A stretch of 64,000 nt of DNA from Candidatus Omnitrophota bacterium (GTDB taxonomy: Bacteria; Omnitrophota; Gorgyraeia; Zapsychrales; Aceulaceae), in assembly GCA_029564765.1 (NCBI GenBank), contig JAKQPK010000050.1, forward strand, positions 82,977 to 146,976. Direction: 5' to 3'. Below, piece after piece: positions 28,877 through 38,750 of this stretch (position 1 is its first letter; the number at the start of each line of letters is the position of its first letter). Made by a program: the position numbers and the translations under genes. Below the pieces are notes generated by a model. That model was not told where the DNA came from, did no database searches, and worked only from the letters and a program-made list of their open reading frames with translations.

Positions 28877-29003
28877 GCAAATAAAATGACTCAATGACCA
28901 AGCTCGAATGTCGAATCAATATCTCAAATCCTAATATTTCAATTGGGCATTGAATCATTGGGGTTTCATTCGTCATTAGGATTTCGTCATTGGTCATTGC
29001 GCT
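28877..29003. repeat. palindromic element, family 3 (arms of AATGAC/CAATGA units)
   Basis: Left arm AATGACTCAATGACCAAGCTCGAATGTCGAATCAAT. Right arm CATTCGTCATTAGGATTTCGTCATTGGTCATTG. It lies between the trpF stop and the exonuclease start. Confidence 0.45.
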
Positions 29004-29617
29004 TCACCTTTTTGCTTCTTTAAAAATTTTCTCATTAAGCGCAGACATTTCTTTCCCGGACGCCGCTCTACTCCGCTGGAAACATCATAGGCATAAATAT
29101 TCTTAAGTTTTACAGCTTCAACAATGTTCTCTGGATTCAAGCCGCCGGACAAGATGATCTTCTGTTTCTTAAGTGCAGATTCTTGCAAGATGTCCCAATC
29201 AAAAACTTTCCCTGTTCCCCCGTGCACGCCTTTAAGATACGTATCGAACAACAAAAATGAAGTCTTATACCGCAAAGCTCTTGCAACATCCTGCTTGTGC
29301 TTGACACAGATCGCTTTGATCGTGATGACCTTCTTTATCTTAGAACAAAAAGCGGGTGTCTCATTGCCATGTAACTGAACTACTCTTAGACCACATTGCG
29401 CGACAATGGCTTGGATGTTCTTGAGCGATTCATTAACAAAAACGCCTACCGGCAGAACGGATCGAGGAAGGGACGCGATAATTCTTTTGGCAGTATTCGG
29501 ATCAATATATCGAGGACTTTTACGATAAAAAATAAAACCCAGCGCCCAAGCGCCAAGACGGTGCGCCCTGTGCGCGTCTTCCTTGTTTGTAATACCGCAA
29601 ATCTTAATTCTCGCCAT
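28994..29617 (-). CDS. trpF: phosphoribosylanthranilate isomerase
   Basis: 207 aa with a typical PRAI sequence (ARIKICGIT…). Confidence 0.85.
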   Translation of the reverse strand: MARIKICGITNKEDAHRAHRLGAWALGFIFYRKSPRYIDPNTAKRIIASLPRSVLPVGVFVNESLKNIQAIVAQCGLRVVQLHGNETPAFCSKIKKVITIKAICVKHKQDVARALRYKTSFLLFDTYLKGVHGGTGKVFDWDILQESALKKQKIILSGGLNPENIVEAVKLKNIYAYDVSSGVERRPGKKCLRLMRKFLKKQKGEAQ

Positions 29618-30395
29618 ACATTACTTCCCTTACCTTGGCGCCAACATCATGTGCGCGCAAAAAAGTCTCGCCGATCAACACCGCGTGAGCGCCCAACTGC
29701 TGAAGTTTCCGAATCTGTGTCTGATCCTTGATCCCGCTTTCAGCGACGATCGTGATCCCTTGTGGGATAGACGGAATCAGCTTTTCGCAGGTTGCAAAAT
29801 CAACGTCCAAAGTTCTTAAATTTCGATTATTGACCCCGATGATCTTGGCTCCGCTATTGATGGCGCGCTGAAGTTCTTTCTCGTCATGGACCTCGACTAA
29901 AGCATCCATGCCTAAGCCGTGAGCGGTCTCAAGAAGCTGTTGTAGATTTTTATCCGTAAGGATGGCAACGATCAACAGCACCGCGCTACTGCCGAACGAA
30001 AAGGTTTCAAAGATCTGCACCTCGTCAATGATAAAATCCTTGGTCAAAACAGGCAAGCTTACATGCTCAGCCACCTCACGCACATACGGCGGCTTACCTA
30101 AAAAATACTTATCTTCGGTCAAAACAGAAATGGCAGCTGCGCCAGCTTTCTGATAGGCATACGCTAGATCCAACACGCTAAAATCACCACGTATAACCCC
30201 TTGAGATGGTGAAGCCTTTTTGATCTCAGCGATAAGATTTAGCTGGCCCGGTTTTGATATGGCTTTCTGGAATACGTGATACGCTGTATGCTTGTCATTC
30301 TTATTCTTTGCCTTAAGCTCCTGTAGGAAGACTTTCTTCTTTTCGATCAGGCCTTGTTTGTAAACGATGATATCTTTTAGGAAATCTTTTGTCAT
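29604..30395 (-). CDS. trpC: indole-3-glycerol phosphate synthase
   Basis: 263 aa with a TIM-barrel IGPS sequence. It overlaps trpF by 14 nt and trpD by 4 nt. Confidence 0.9.
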   Translation of the reverse strand: MTKDFLKDIIVYKQGLIEKKKVFLQELKAKNKNDKHTAYHVFQKAISKPGQLNLIAEIKKASPSQGVIRGDFSVLDLAYAYQKAGAAAISVLTEDKYFLGKPPYVREVAEHVSLPVLTKDFIIDEVQIFETFSFGSSAVLLIVAILTDKNLQQLLETAHGLGMDALVEVHDEKELQRAINSGAKIIGVNNRNLRTLDVDFATCEKLIPSIPQGITIVAESGIKDQTQIRKLQQLGAHAVLIGETFLRAHDVGAKVREVMYGEN

Positions 30396-31399
30396 TGATT
30401 AGTGAACGCGATCAAGGAATCAAGTTTTTCTTTGGCTTTTTTTGTATCGACCGATTGGCAGGCTGCCTCTATGCCCTTATGAACTGTTGGAGTTCTGCCA
30501 GCAATATACAACGCGTAAGCGGCATTTAAAATAACGATATCTCTTTGGGCGCCAGTCTGACCGCTTAGAACATCAGAAATGATCTGCGCGTTGGTTTCAG
30601 CGCTTCCCCCCTTAAGGTCTTGAGGAAGAGCTCTTGGAATACCGTAAAAAGATGGATCGATCTCATATGAAATGATGTCTTGGCCATTATATTCGCTAGC
30701 AAATGTCTTGGCAGTGGTCGTGATCTCATCTAAGCCATCCTCTCCATGCACCACCAAGGCTTTCTTTAATCCCAGGTTCTGCAAGACATGCGCCATGGGC
30801 TCAACCAATTCCTTGTTGTAAACGCCCATCATCTGATGCGTAGCTTTAGACGGATTCGTCAGAGGCCCCAAAACATTAAAGATCGTCTCAACCCCTAGTT
30901 CTTTGCGAACCGCGGCCGCGTAACGCATCGCCGGATGTAAATTTTGCGCGAATAAGAAAGCGATGCCCACCTGATGCAGGCAATCCGATAAACGCTCGAC
31001 TTTCATGCCAACGTTGACACCCAGATACTCAAGCACATCCGCGCTACCACATTTACTGGAAACGGAACGGTTACCATGCTTGGCCACTACGCAGCCAGCG
31101 CCAGCGACCACGAAAGCGACGGCGGTCGATATATTGAACGTGCCGGCCCTGTCACCTCCAGTGCCACAGGTGTCAAGAACGACATCCTTATCTGTATCCA
31201 CTGCGATCGCGAACTCTCGCATGATACGCGCTGCGCCGGTGATCTCATTGACCGCGGCCCCTTTCTTACGCAACGCTAAAAGAAACGCGCTAAGCTCCTC
31301 TTTCGGCACTGTTCCGGTCATGATACGTCGCATTACATCAGACATCTCTTGGGCGGTGAGGTCATGATGTTGCTGGATCTTGTCGATATACTCTTGCAT
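30392..31399 (-). CDS. trpD: anthranilate phosphoribosyltransferase
   Basis: 335 aa with the GTGGD motif. Confidence 0.9.
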   Translation of the reverse strand: MQEYIDKIQQHHDLTAQEMSDVMRRIMTGTVPKEELSAFLLALRKKGAAVNEITGAARIMREFAIAVDTDKDVVLDTCGTGGDRAGTFNISTAVAFVVAGAGCVVAKHGNRSVSSKCGSADVLEYLGVNVGMKVERLSDCLHQVGIAFLFAQNLHPAMRYAAAVRKELGVETIFNVLGPLTNPSKATHQMMGVYNKELVEPMAHVLQNLGLKKALVVHGEDGLDEITTTAKTFASEYNGQDIISYEIDPSFYGIPRALPQDLKGGSAETNAQIISDVLSGQTGAQRDIVILNAAYALYIAGRTPTVHKGIEAACQSVDTKKAKEKLDSLIAFTNQ

Positions 31400-31412
31400 A
31401 CAGATAGAAAAT

Positions 31413-31985
31413 TTATTTAGGGTTTAAGATTAAAAAATTCTGGAGCAACTTTTTGCCTTCTTTGGTCAAAATAGACTCCGGATGAAATTGAACACCCCAA
31501 AGCGGATATTGCTTGTGGCGAACGCCCATGATCTCTTTGTCTTGGGTCCAGGCGATGATCTCTAAGCAATCCGGTAATGTCTTCTGTTCGATCACTAGGG
31601 AATGATAGCGTGTCGCTTCAAAAGGATTGGAGAGGCCTTTGAAAATTTCTTTTTTATTGTGATAGATCAAGGAGGTTTTTCCGTGCATAAGTTTTTTCGC
31701 GCCGATGATGCTCCCGCCATAGGCATAGCCAATGGCCTGATGGCCTAAGCAAACCCCTAAGATCGGGATCTGACCGGCAAATTCTCGTATTAACGCAACA
31801 GATATACCTGCATCCTCTGGCCGTCCCGGCCCAGGAGAGACAACGATACGTTCCGGCCGCATGCTTTTGATATCATCGATCGTGATGGCATCGTTGCGAA
31901 AAACCTCAACATCCGCTTTCAATTCAGCCAGGTACTGGACGAGATTATAGGTAAAGGAATCATAATTATCCAGCATGAGGATCAT
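31413..31985 (-). CDS. trpG: anthranilate synthase component II / glutamine amidotransferase (TrpG/PabA)
   Basis: Class I GATase with catalytic Cys in GVCLGHQ. The likely start is MILMLDNYD, so the tracked ORF 31413..32018 is trimmed to avoid an overlap with murA. Confidence 0.85.
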   Translation of the reverse strand: MILMLDNYDSFTYNLVQYLAELKADVEVFRNDAITIDDIKSMRPERIVVSPGPGRPEDAGISVALIREFAGQIPILGVCLGHQAIGYAYGGSIIGAKKLMHGKTSLIYHNKKEIFKGLSNPFEATRYHSLVIEQKTLPDCLEIIAWTQDKEIMGVRHKQYPLWGVQFHPESILTKEGKKLLQNFLILNPK

Positions 31986-31986
31986 G

Positions 31987-33249
31987 TCACACTTTTTTCC
32001 TTGAGATCTTTGCGCCAATGTTCAAAAGTTTTTTCTCGAGGTCCTCATACCCACGCTCCAGATGATAGATGCGGTGGATCTCCGTCAGGCCTTTCGCGGT
32101 CAAACCAGCAATGACAAGAGCGGCCGATGCTCTGAGATCTGAAGCCATAACCGGGGCTCCGTGTAAGGTTTTGACACCCTGAACGATCGCATGTAAGCCT
32201 TCCCGGCGGATATTAGCCCCCATACGGTCAAGCTCAGCAATATGCATGAACCGATCAGGATAGACACGGTCTGTGATAACGCTCACGCCGGGTGTCGTTG
32301 CCATCAAAGCCATGAATTGGGCTTGGAGGTCTGTTGGAAATCCTGGATAAGGATACGTATTGATACTGGCCGGGGTTATGGTCCGGCGATTGATCACGCG
32401 GATCACATCATCAGTATACTCAAAGCGGACCCCTATGGACTCTAAGACATCGATCAATGACAACAAATGCCCATGATACGCGTCACGGATCGTCAAGTCG
32501 CTGCGCGTGGCTACGGACATCAGTATGAAGGTCCCTGCTTCGATACGATCCGCAATAATGCTATGATCTGCCCCTAAAAGTTCCTTAACCCCGCGGATAA
32601 TAATGCGCGGTGTTCCATGCCCGATCACATGAGCACCCATGCGCACTAAAAAATTTCCTAGATCCTCGATCTCAGGCTCGCAGGCTGCTGATTCGATGAT
32701 CGTCTCACCATTGGCCAGAACAGCCGCCATCATTACATTGGCCGTTGCCAGGACTGATGACCCAAAGACCCCTCCTAAATAAATACGCGCTCCCCGCAGG
32801 CGCTTAGCTTTAGCGACAATATATCCCGCGTCCGTTGTCATCTCAGCGCCTAAAGCCTTTAAGCCTTTGACATGAAGGTCAACAGGGCGAATACCGATCA
32901 CGCAGCCTCCGGGCAAAGAAACACGGGCCCGGCGAAGTTTACCTAAAAGAGGCCCTAAGACACAAAACGATCCTCGCATGGTGGACACTAGATCATACGG
33001 CGCAGTATCTTTGATCGGCCCTTTCCCCAAGACAACAAGTTTTCCTTTTTCATAACGCGTGACCTTACCTAAAGACTCCAGAAGCTTGATCATGGTCAAT
33101 GTGTCACGCAATTTGGGCACATTATGGATCGTGCACGGCTGATCCGTTAAAAGGGTGGCCGCCATAATAGGCAGAGCCGAATTCTTTGCCCCGCTGATAC
33201 GAACTTCCCCAGATAAACGTCTTCCCCCTTCGATCACAAGCTTATCCAT
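31987..33249 (-). CDS. murA: UDP-N-acetylglucosamine 1-carboxyvinyltransferase
   Basis: 420 aa with a typical MurA/EPT fold sequence. Confidence 0.9.
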   Translation of the reverse strand: MDKLVIEGGRRLSGEVRISGAKNSALPIMAATLLTDQPCTIHNVPKLRDTLTMIKLLESLGKVTRYEKGKLVVLGKGPIKDTAPYDLVSTMRGSFCVLGPLLGKLRRARVSLPGGCVIGIRPVDLHVKGLKALGAEMTTDAGYIVAKAKRLRGARIYLGGVFGSSVLATANVMMAAVLANGETIIESAACEPEIEDLGNFLVRMGAHVIGHGTPRIIIRGVKELLGADHSIIADRIEAGTFILMSVATRSDLTIRDAYHGHLLSLIDVLESIGVRFEYTDDVIRVINRRTITPASINTYPYPGFPTDLQAQFMALMATTPGVSVITDRVYPDRFMHIAELDRMGANIRREGLHAIVQGVKTLHGAPVMASDLRASAALVIAGLTAKGLTEIHRIYHLERGYEDLEKKLLNIGAKISRKKV

Positions 33250-33252
33250 AGA

Positions 33253-34041
33253 CTATATCCTTTGCGCTATAACAACACGTTCGATATGTGAATAATCGTT
33301 CAGACATCCTTGGACGACCAGATGGCCTGTCTGCTCTAAAATATCTTGAACATCTTTCGCCTGACCTTGCCCTACCTCAAGAAAAAGAAAACCATTGCGG
33401 GATAAGGCATGCTTTGTGAATTGCGCGATCCGGCGATAAAAACGCAATCCATCCTCTCCTCCATCCAAAGCGCCATGGGGCTCTTGGAGGACTTCCGGCT
33501 GAAGATCCGCGATGTCTCCACTTGGAATATACGGCGGGTTTGAAATAACGATATCGCATAACGGTATCTTGCGGATACATGTATCGCTAAAAATATCATC
33601 CTCTAGAAATGTGATCCGCGAAAAGACATCATGTGTCCGCGCGTTCTGCCTGGCAACCTCAAGCGCCTCTTTAGAAATATCCAAAGCCAGAAAATGATGT
33701 TGGGAGAAATTCTTTGCGAGACTAACAATAATATTACCGCTTCCTGTTCCTATGTCCAGGACGCTTAAAGGCTTGCCTGCCTTTTGCAAAAAGGTTGCCG
33801 CGGCCTCTACCAACAATTCTGTTTCCGGACGCGGGATCAATACACGCTGATCAACATAAAGATCAAGCCCCATGAATTCACAGGTACGCAAGATGTATTG
33901 CGCGGGTTCGCGCGAAGAACGCCTGCTGCAGATATCATCAAGCTGTTGCTTCTGATCTGCGGTCACTTCAACGGTACCTGTATAAAGATCAACTCTGCGG
34001 CATTGCAAAACAGATGTAAGGATCAGTTCTTGCTCGTTCAT
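33253..34041 (-). CDS. prmC: release factor glutamine methyltransferase PrmC/HemK
   Basis: NPPY motif ([11 protein letters not shown]) and a SAM-binding GTGSG motif. Confidence 0.85.
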   Translation of the reverse strand: MNEQELILTSVLQCRRVDLYTGTVEVTADQKQQLDDICSRRSSREPAQYILRTCEFMGLDLYVDQRVLIPRPETELLVEAAATFLQKAGKPLSVLDIGTGSGNIIVSLAKNFSQHHFLALDISKEALEVARQNARTHDVFSRITFLEDDIFSDTCIRKIPLCDIVISNPPYIPSGDIADLQPEVLQEPHGALDGGEDGLRFYRRIAQFTKHALSRNGFLFLEVGQGQAKDVQDILEQTGHLVVQGCLNDYSHIERVVIAQRI

Positions 34042-35102
34042 GCTTGCGCCTCTGCCTTAAGCTCAGCTTCGATCAGAGCGTCTGCAAGCTCATCCATTTC
34101 GCCATCTAAAATACTGGGAAGTTGATGACTTGTAAAACCAATACGGTGATCCGTGACGCGTCGATCCGGGAAGTTATAGGTACGGATCTTTTCGCTACGG
34201 TCCCCTGTGCCCACTTTCGCCTTGCGCTCTTGGGATTCTTTGGCAAGATTGTCTTCTTGCATCTTGTCCAGGATGCGCGCACGCAACACGCGCATAGCTT
34301 TCAATCGATTCTTCAGCTGTGAGCGTTCGTCTTGACAGACAACAACGGTCCCTGTTGGTAAATGCGTGATGCGTATCGCCGAATCGGTCGTGTTAACGCT
34401 CTGCCCTCCAGGGCCAGACGAACGAAAAACATCGATCTTAAGATCTTTGGGGTCGATCACGAGCTCTACTTCTTCAGGTTCTGCCATAACAACAACTGTC
34501 GCTGCAGATGTATGGATGCGTCCAGAGGCTTCAGTCGCTGGAACACGCTGAACACGATGCGCTCCGCTTTCCCATTTTAGACGATCCCAGGCTCCTTTTC
34601 CGCTGACACCGAACACGATCTCTTTAAAGCCTCCGCCTTCTGCTGGATGACTGCTCATAGCGTCCACACGCCAGTTTTTTTGAGCCGCATACTTGACATA
34701 CATGCGGTACAGATCACCGGCGAATAACGATGCCTCAGCCCCACCGGTGCCGGCACGGATCTCAATGATGATATCTTTTTCTTGCTCTTGTCGTTTGGGG
34801 TTCAGCAGTTCGTTGATCTGAAGCTCAAGGGCTTCTTGGCGGGTTTGCAACTCAGCGATCTCGCAATGCGCGAGATCGACAAAATCCTTATCATGCTTTT
34901 CCTTCAAAAGATGCTCAAGATCCTGTTTTTCTTTAAGAAGATTCTGGTGTTCGCGGTAAGCGCTGACAAGCGGCATCAATTCTGCCATCTCTTTGGCAAA
35001 AGATTGATATCGTTTATTATCAGCGATCACTTGCGGATCAGCCAAAAGCATCTCCAGCTCACCACAACGCGCTTGGGCCTTCTGAAGTTTATCAATGTTC
35101 AT
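34038..35102 (-). CDS. prfA: peptide chain release factor 1
   Basis: GGQ motif (SGPGGQSVN) and an RF1-type PAT tripeptide. Confidence 0.9.
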   Translation of the reverse strand: MNIDKLQKAQARCGELEMLLADPQVIADNKRYQSFAKEMAELMPLVSAYREHQNLLKEKQDLEHLLKEKHDKDFVDLAHCEIAELQTRQEALELQINELLNPKRQEQEKDIIIEIRAGTGGAEASLFAGDLYRMYVKYAAQKNWRVDAMSSHPAEGGGFKEIVFGVSGKGAWDRLKWESGAHRVQRVPATEASGRIHTSAATVVVMAEPEEVELVIDPKDLKIDVFRSSGPGGQSVNTTDSAIRITHLPTGTVVVCQDERSQLKNRLKAMRVLRARILDKMQEDNLAKESQERKAKVGTGDRSEKIRTYNFPDRRVTDHRIGFTSHQLPSILDGEMDELADALIEAELKAEAQA

Positions 35103-35218
35103 CGTCTGTCATCTCCTCGCGCAATTGCTCGGAGTGCCTCAACACATTTCGCGCTGAGCAATTTCTTTGCCCCTCGCCTATTCGCTCAGGACAACTCAGC
35201 GCATTTTGCGACAAGTCG

Positions 35219-35425
35219 TTATTTATCTTTCTTGGCGTAACGCTTTTTGAAACGATCAATGCGACCGGCAGTATCGACGAACTTTTTATCGCCCGTGAAA
35301 AACGGATGGCATTTAGAACAAATTTCCACATGGATGCCTTTGCGGGTCGAGCGCGTCTGAATGATCTCCCCACAAGAGCATGTGATCGCAGCTTCTTCGT
35401 ACTTAGGATGAATTTCTTTTTTCAT
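35219..35425 (-). CDS. rpmE: 50S ribosomal protein L31
   Basis: MKKEIHPKY… with CxxC…CxxC. 68 aa. Confidence 0.9.
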   Translation of the reverse strand: MKKEIHPKYEEAAITCSCGEIIQTRSTRKGIHVEICSKCHPFFTGDKKFVDTAGRIDRFKKRYAKKDK

Positions 35426-35449
35426 ACGTCATTGTCCTCCTTTATAAGC

Positions 35450-36787
35450 TTAGTCAGCTCTGTTCATGTTGCTTAAAAAATCCTTATTGGTCTTATATTT
35501 CGCGAGTTTCGCCAACAAAAGTTCCATTGACTCTGACAGATTGAGATCATTAAGCGCCTTGCGTAAAAGCCAAATGCGCTGCAGATCACCTTCGGGGATC
35601 AATAGCTCTTCATGGCGCGTATTCGACCTTTTAATGTCAATCGCGGGATATATTCTCCTCTGAAAAAGCGTTCTGTCAAGCTGTAATTCCATGTTGCCGG
35701 TTCCCTTGAATTCCTCAAAGATAACCTCATCCATGCGGCTTCCGGTGTCCACCAGCCCTGTCGCGATGATTGTTAAACTACCACCCTCTTCAATGCATCG
35801 GGCAGCGCCAAAAAATCTTTTTGGCTTATGAAGCGCATTAGAGTCCACACCTCCCGACAGGATCTTACCGCTATGCGGCACGACCGTGTTGTACGCGCGG
35901 GCTAAACGCGTAATGCTGTCTAAAAGGATCACAACATCTCTTTTATGTTCCACAAGCCTTTTAGCTTTTTCTAGGACGATCTCTGCCACCTGGACATGGC
36001 GTTCCGCCGGCTCATCAAATGTTGAAGAGATAACCTCTCCTTTAACGCTACGCTGCATATCTGTGACCTCTTCTGGGCGCTCATCGATCAAAAGAACGAT
36101 CAGGATCGCATCCGGATGGTTGCGCGTGATGGAATTAGCGATCTTTTGCAGCAAAACTGTCTTACCACTGTACGGCGGCGCCACGATCAATGCGCGCTGC
36201 CCTTTTCCTAACGGCGACAGAAGGTCCATGACACGCGTGGACAACTCTTCAGGGCTTGTCTCCAAAAGAAACCGTTCTTGAGGATAAAGTGGTGTGAGCT
36301 GATCGAACAGGATCTTTTCTTTACATTTCTCTGGATTCTCAAAATTAACCGCTTCCACCTTAAGAAGCGCAAAATATTTCTCACCTTCTTTAGGAGGCCG
36401 GATCTGCCCGCTCACATTATCACCAGTTTTAAGATCAAACTTTCTGATCTGGGATGGGGAAACATAGATGTCATCTGGGCATGGAAGATAATTGTAATTG
36501 GCATTTCGCAAGAAACCAAATCCTTCCGACAGAACCTCTAGTGTCCCGGCACCGAACATAACGCCTTCTTTTTCAGCTTGGGCTTGAAGGATCTTTAGGA
36601 TCAGATCCTGTTTCTTGATACCACTAAGGCCATCGATCTTCATATCTTTGGCGATTTGCGTCAGATCCGACATTTTTTTATCTTTTAAACTATCGATAAA
36701 AAGCTTATCGGCATTTGTCATAGGGACCTGATCAGTCTTTTCACTTGCGCTACCATTTACAACATCTTTTTCTTTAGTTCTTGGCAT
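35450..36787 (-). CDS. rho: transcription termination factor Rho
   Basis: 445 aa with an N-terminal RNA-binding region, Walker A (PPYSGKT) and the Rho ATPase core. Confidence 0.9.
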   Translation of the reverse strand: MPRTKEKDVVNGSASEKTDQVPMTNADKLFIDSLKDKKMSDLTQIAKDMKIDGLSGIKKQDLILKILQAQAEKEGVMFGAGTLEVLSEGFGFLRNANYNYLPCPDDIYVSPSQIRKFDLKTGDNVSGQIRPPKEGEKYFALLKVEAVNFENPEKCKEKILFDQLTPLYPQERFLLETSPEELSTRVMDLLSPLGKGQRALIVAPPYSGKTVLLQKIANSITRNHPDAILIVLLIDERPEEVTDMQRSVKGEVISSTFDEPAERHVQVAEIVLEKAKRLVEHKRDVVILLDSITRLARAYNTVVPHSGKILSGGVDSNALHKPKRFFGAARCIEEGGSLTIIATGLVDTGSRMDEVIFEEFKGTGNMELQLDRTLFQRRIYPAIDIKRSNTRHEELLIPEGDLQRIWLLRKALNDLNLSESMELLLAKLAKYKTNKDFLSNMNRAD

Positions 36788-37359
36788 AATTCCTCTACTT
36801 GTTTTTTTGTTTTCTGGATACTATCTTGGTTATAAATAACGAAATCCGCCTTAGCGGCCTTGAGGGCTATCGGCATTTGCGCGTTAATGCGCCGCAGGAT
36901 TTCTGATTGAGAAAAATGGTTCCTTTTCTGTAAACGCGCGATCTGTACGCGGATGGTCGATCGCACAACGACAACGTAATCGCACAATCCTTCCAGCTTT
37001 GCTTCAAATAATAACGGGACATCAAGAACAAATAAGCCCGGCGTTCGCATGCTACGGTACCGGCCAACCTCCTTTTTTATCTGCTGGATGATCAACGGAT
37101 GCGTGAGATGGCAAAGCTTTTTTAGGGCTTGCGGGTTGCCAAAAACGATCTTCGCAAGCCTGCGACGATCGATACGGCCACCTACCAGGATCTCTCGGCC
37201 AAAAAGAGATACTACTTTTTTAAAGCATGGATGTTTAGGCAGAAAAAGCGCGTGGGCAGCCTTATCGGCGTCAAAAACCTTCGCCCCCCTCTCGCGCAAT
37301 AAACGCGCGACAGTGGTTTTCCCTGAACCAAAGCTTCCTGTGATCCCTACGATATGCAT
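36757..37359 (-). CDS. coaE: dephospho-CoA kinase
   Basis: [17 protein letters not shown]-loop. 200 aa. Confidence 0.85.
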   Translation of the reverse strand: MHIVGITGSFGSGKTTVARLLRERGAKVFDADKAAHALFLPKHPCFKKVVSLFGREILVGGRIDRRRLAKIVFGNPQALKKLCHLTHPLIIQQIKKEVGRYRSMRTPGLFVLDVPLLFEAKLEGLCDYVVVVRSTIRVQIARLQKRNHFSQSEILRRINAQMPIALKAAKADFVIYNQDSIQKTKKQVEELCQELKKKML

Positions 37360-38750
37360 GCCTGATAAAGTTTTCTATATTCGACGGCAGAGGTCATCCA
37401 TGAAAAATCATAACGCATCACACGTGTTGAAAGATCCAAGAAAAGATCACGATCCTCAAAGACCTTGACCGCTGTTTCAAAGGTCTTAAGCAATGACTCT
37501 TTATCAAAACGGGTGAATACGAATCCATCACCCTGATTATTCGTGAGCTTAAAGGGCATGACCGTGTCTACAAGTCCTCCGGTATGATGGACCAACGGGA
37601 TCGTGCCATAACGAAACGCGATTAGCTGGCTTAGACCGCATGGCTCATAGACTGATGGCATCAGCAACAGATCGCTTCCTGCGTAGATACGGTGTGCCAT
37701 CGTTTCATCAAATTGAATATGAACAGCGATCTTCTCCGGAAAACGCCGTTGAAAACTACGCAGCAGATCTTCAAAACGCTGCTCCCCAACCCCTTGAAAA
37801 ATAAGCTGAACAGGATATTGCATCATCTCTTCGATCCCCTGAGCGATCACATCTATCCCCTTCTGCTCTGATAGGCGTCCGACAAAACCAAAGACAGGAA
37901 TGTATTCGCATACCGGCAAGCCGCTTTCTTTCTGGAGAATGACCTTATTTTTAGCTTTTCCGCTCATGTCGTTCATGCTATAGGGGTGAGCGATCAAAGT
38001 ATCTTTTTCGGGGTTCCAGTACTCTGCATCGATCCCGTTCAGGATGCCGGACAAGCGATCTGAACGAAAACGAATGACGCCCTCCATCCCTCTTCCGGAT
38101 TCTCGATGCTGAATCTCTTTGGCGTATTGAGGACTTACAGTTGTAATATAATCGCTAAAAAGTAACCCACCTTTTAAAAGGCTAAGCTGGCCGTAATATT
38201 CCACCCCGTTGATCGAGTTCAATTCATGCGGTAGGCCTAGCACAAAGAACTTATCCCTAGGGAAAATGCCTTGATATGCTAAATTATGGATCGTAAAAAA
38301 TGTTTTTGTCTTCTCAAACAAGGAATCTCCCTGATAATAAAACTTTAAATAAGCAGGGATCAATGCTGTCTGCCAATCATGGCAATGAATGATGTCCGGC
38401 GCGAGACGGATATCCTTTAATAGCTGCAAGACGCGCTTGTTAAAGAAAGCAAAACGCTCGAGATTATCTCCATAATCACCATGCGGCGTGCCATAAAGTC
38501 CATCGCGATTAAAAAATACTTCATTCTTGATAAAAAAGACATCCAGACCCTGGTAGTTCGCCACAGCAACATCATGGTCGAGCATTTTAAAAGGAATATT
38601 TCTTTGCTGGACTTCACGGTAAAACGGCATAACAACGCAAACGTCCACCTCTTCTTTCATCAATGCTAAAGGCAAAGCACCGCAAACATCTGCGAGCCCT
38701 CCCGTCTTAGCAAAAGGAGCCATTTCCGAACAACAAAAAACAACCTTCAT
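37347..38750 (-). CDS. glgA: glycogen synthase (ADP-glucose type, GT5)
   Basis: 467 aa with the N-terminal KTGGLADV motif. Confidence 0.85.
   Translation of the reverse strand: MKVVFCCSEMAPFAKTGGLADVCGALPLALMKEEVDVCVVMPFYREVQQRNIPFKMLDHDVAVANYQGLDVFFIKNEVFFNRDGLYGTPHGDYGDNLERFAFFNKRVLQLLKDIRLAPDIIHCHDWQTALIPAYLKFYYQGDSLFEKTKTFFTIHNLAYQGIFPRDKFFVLGLPHELNSINGVEYYGQLSLLKGGLLFSDYITTVSPQYAKEIQHRESGRGMEGVIRFRSDRLSGILNGIDAEYWNPEKDTLIAHPYSMNDMSGKAKNKVILQKESGLPVCEYIPVFGFVGRLSEQKGIDVIAQGIEEMMQYPVQLIFQGVGEQRFEDLLRSFQRRFPEKIAVHIQFDETMAHRIYAGSDLLLMPSVYEPCGLSQLIAFRYGTIPLVHHTGGLVDTVMPFKLTNNQGDGFVFTRFDKESLLKTFETAVKVFEDRDLFLDLSTRVMRYDFSWMTSAVEYRKLYQACIS

Noticed and set aside
13478-29003. CRISPR array interpretation of the tandem short units
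   Set aside because: The units are only 6-10 nt, are arranged as inverted arms, and have no unique spacers of 25-40 nt. There are no cas genes in the window; the Cas4-like nuclease at 2972..5884 is fused to a helicase and is not CRISPR-associated.
35103-35218. Inverted repeat GCGCTGAG…CTCAGCGC in the rpmE-prfA spacer as an attenuator or terminator
   Set aside because: The stem is only 8 bp with a 36-nt interior and no U-tract, so I left it uncalled. It could be an RNase processing site.
35092-35373. ORF 35092..35373(-), 93 aa
   Set aside because: It overlaps rpmE in another frame and has no homology pattern.
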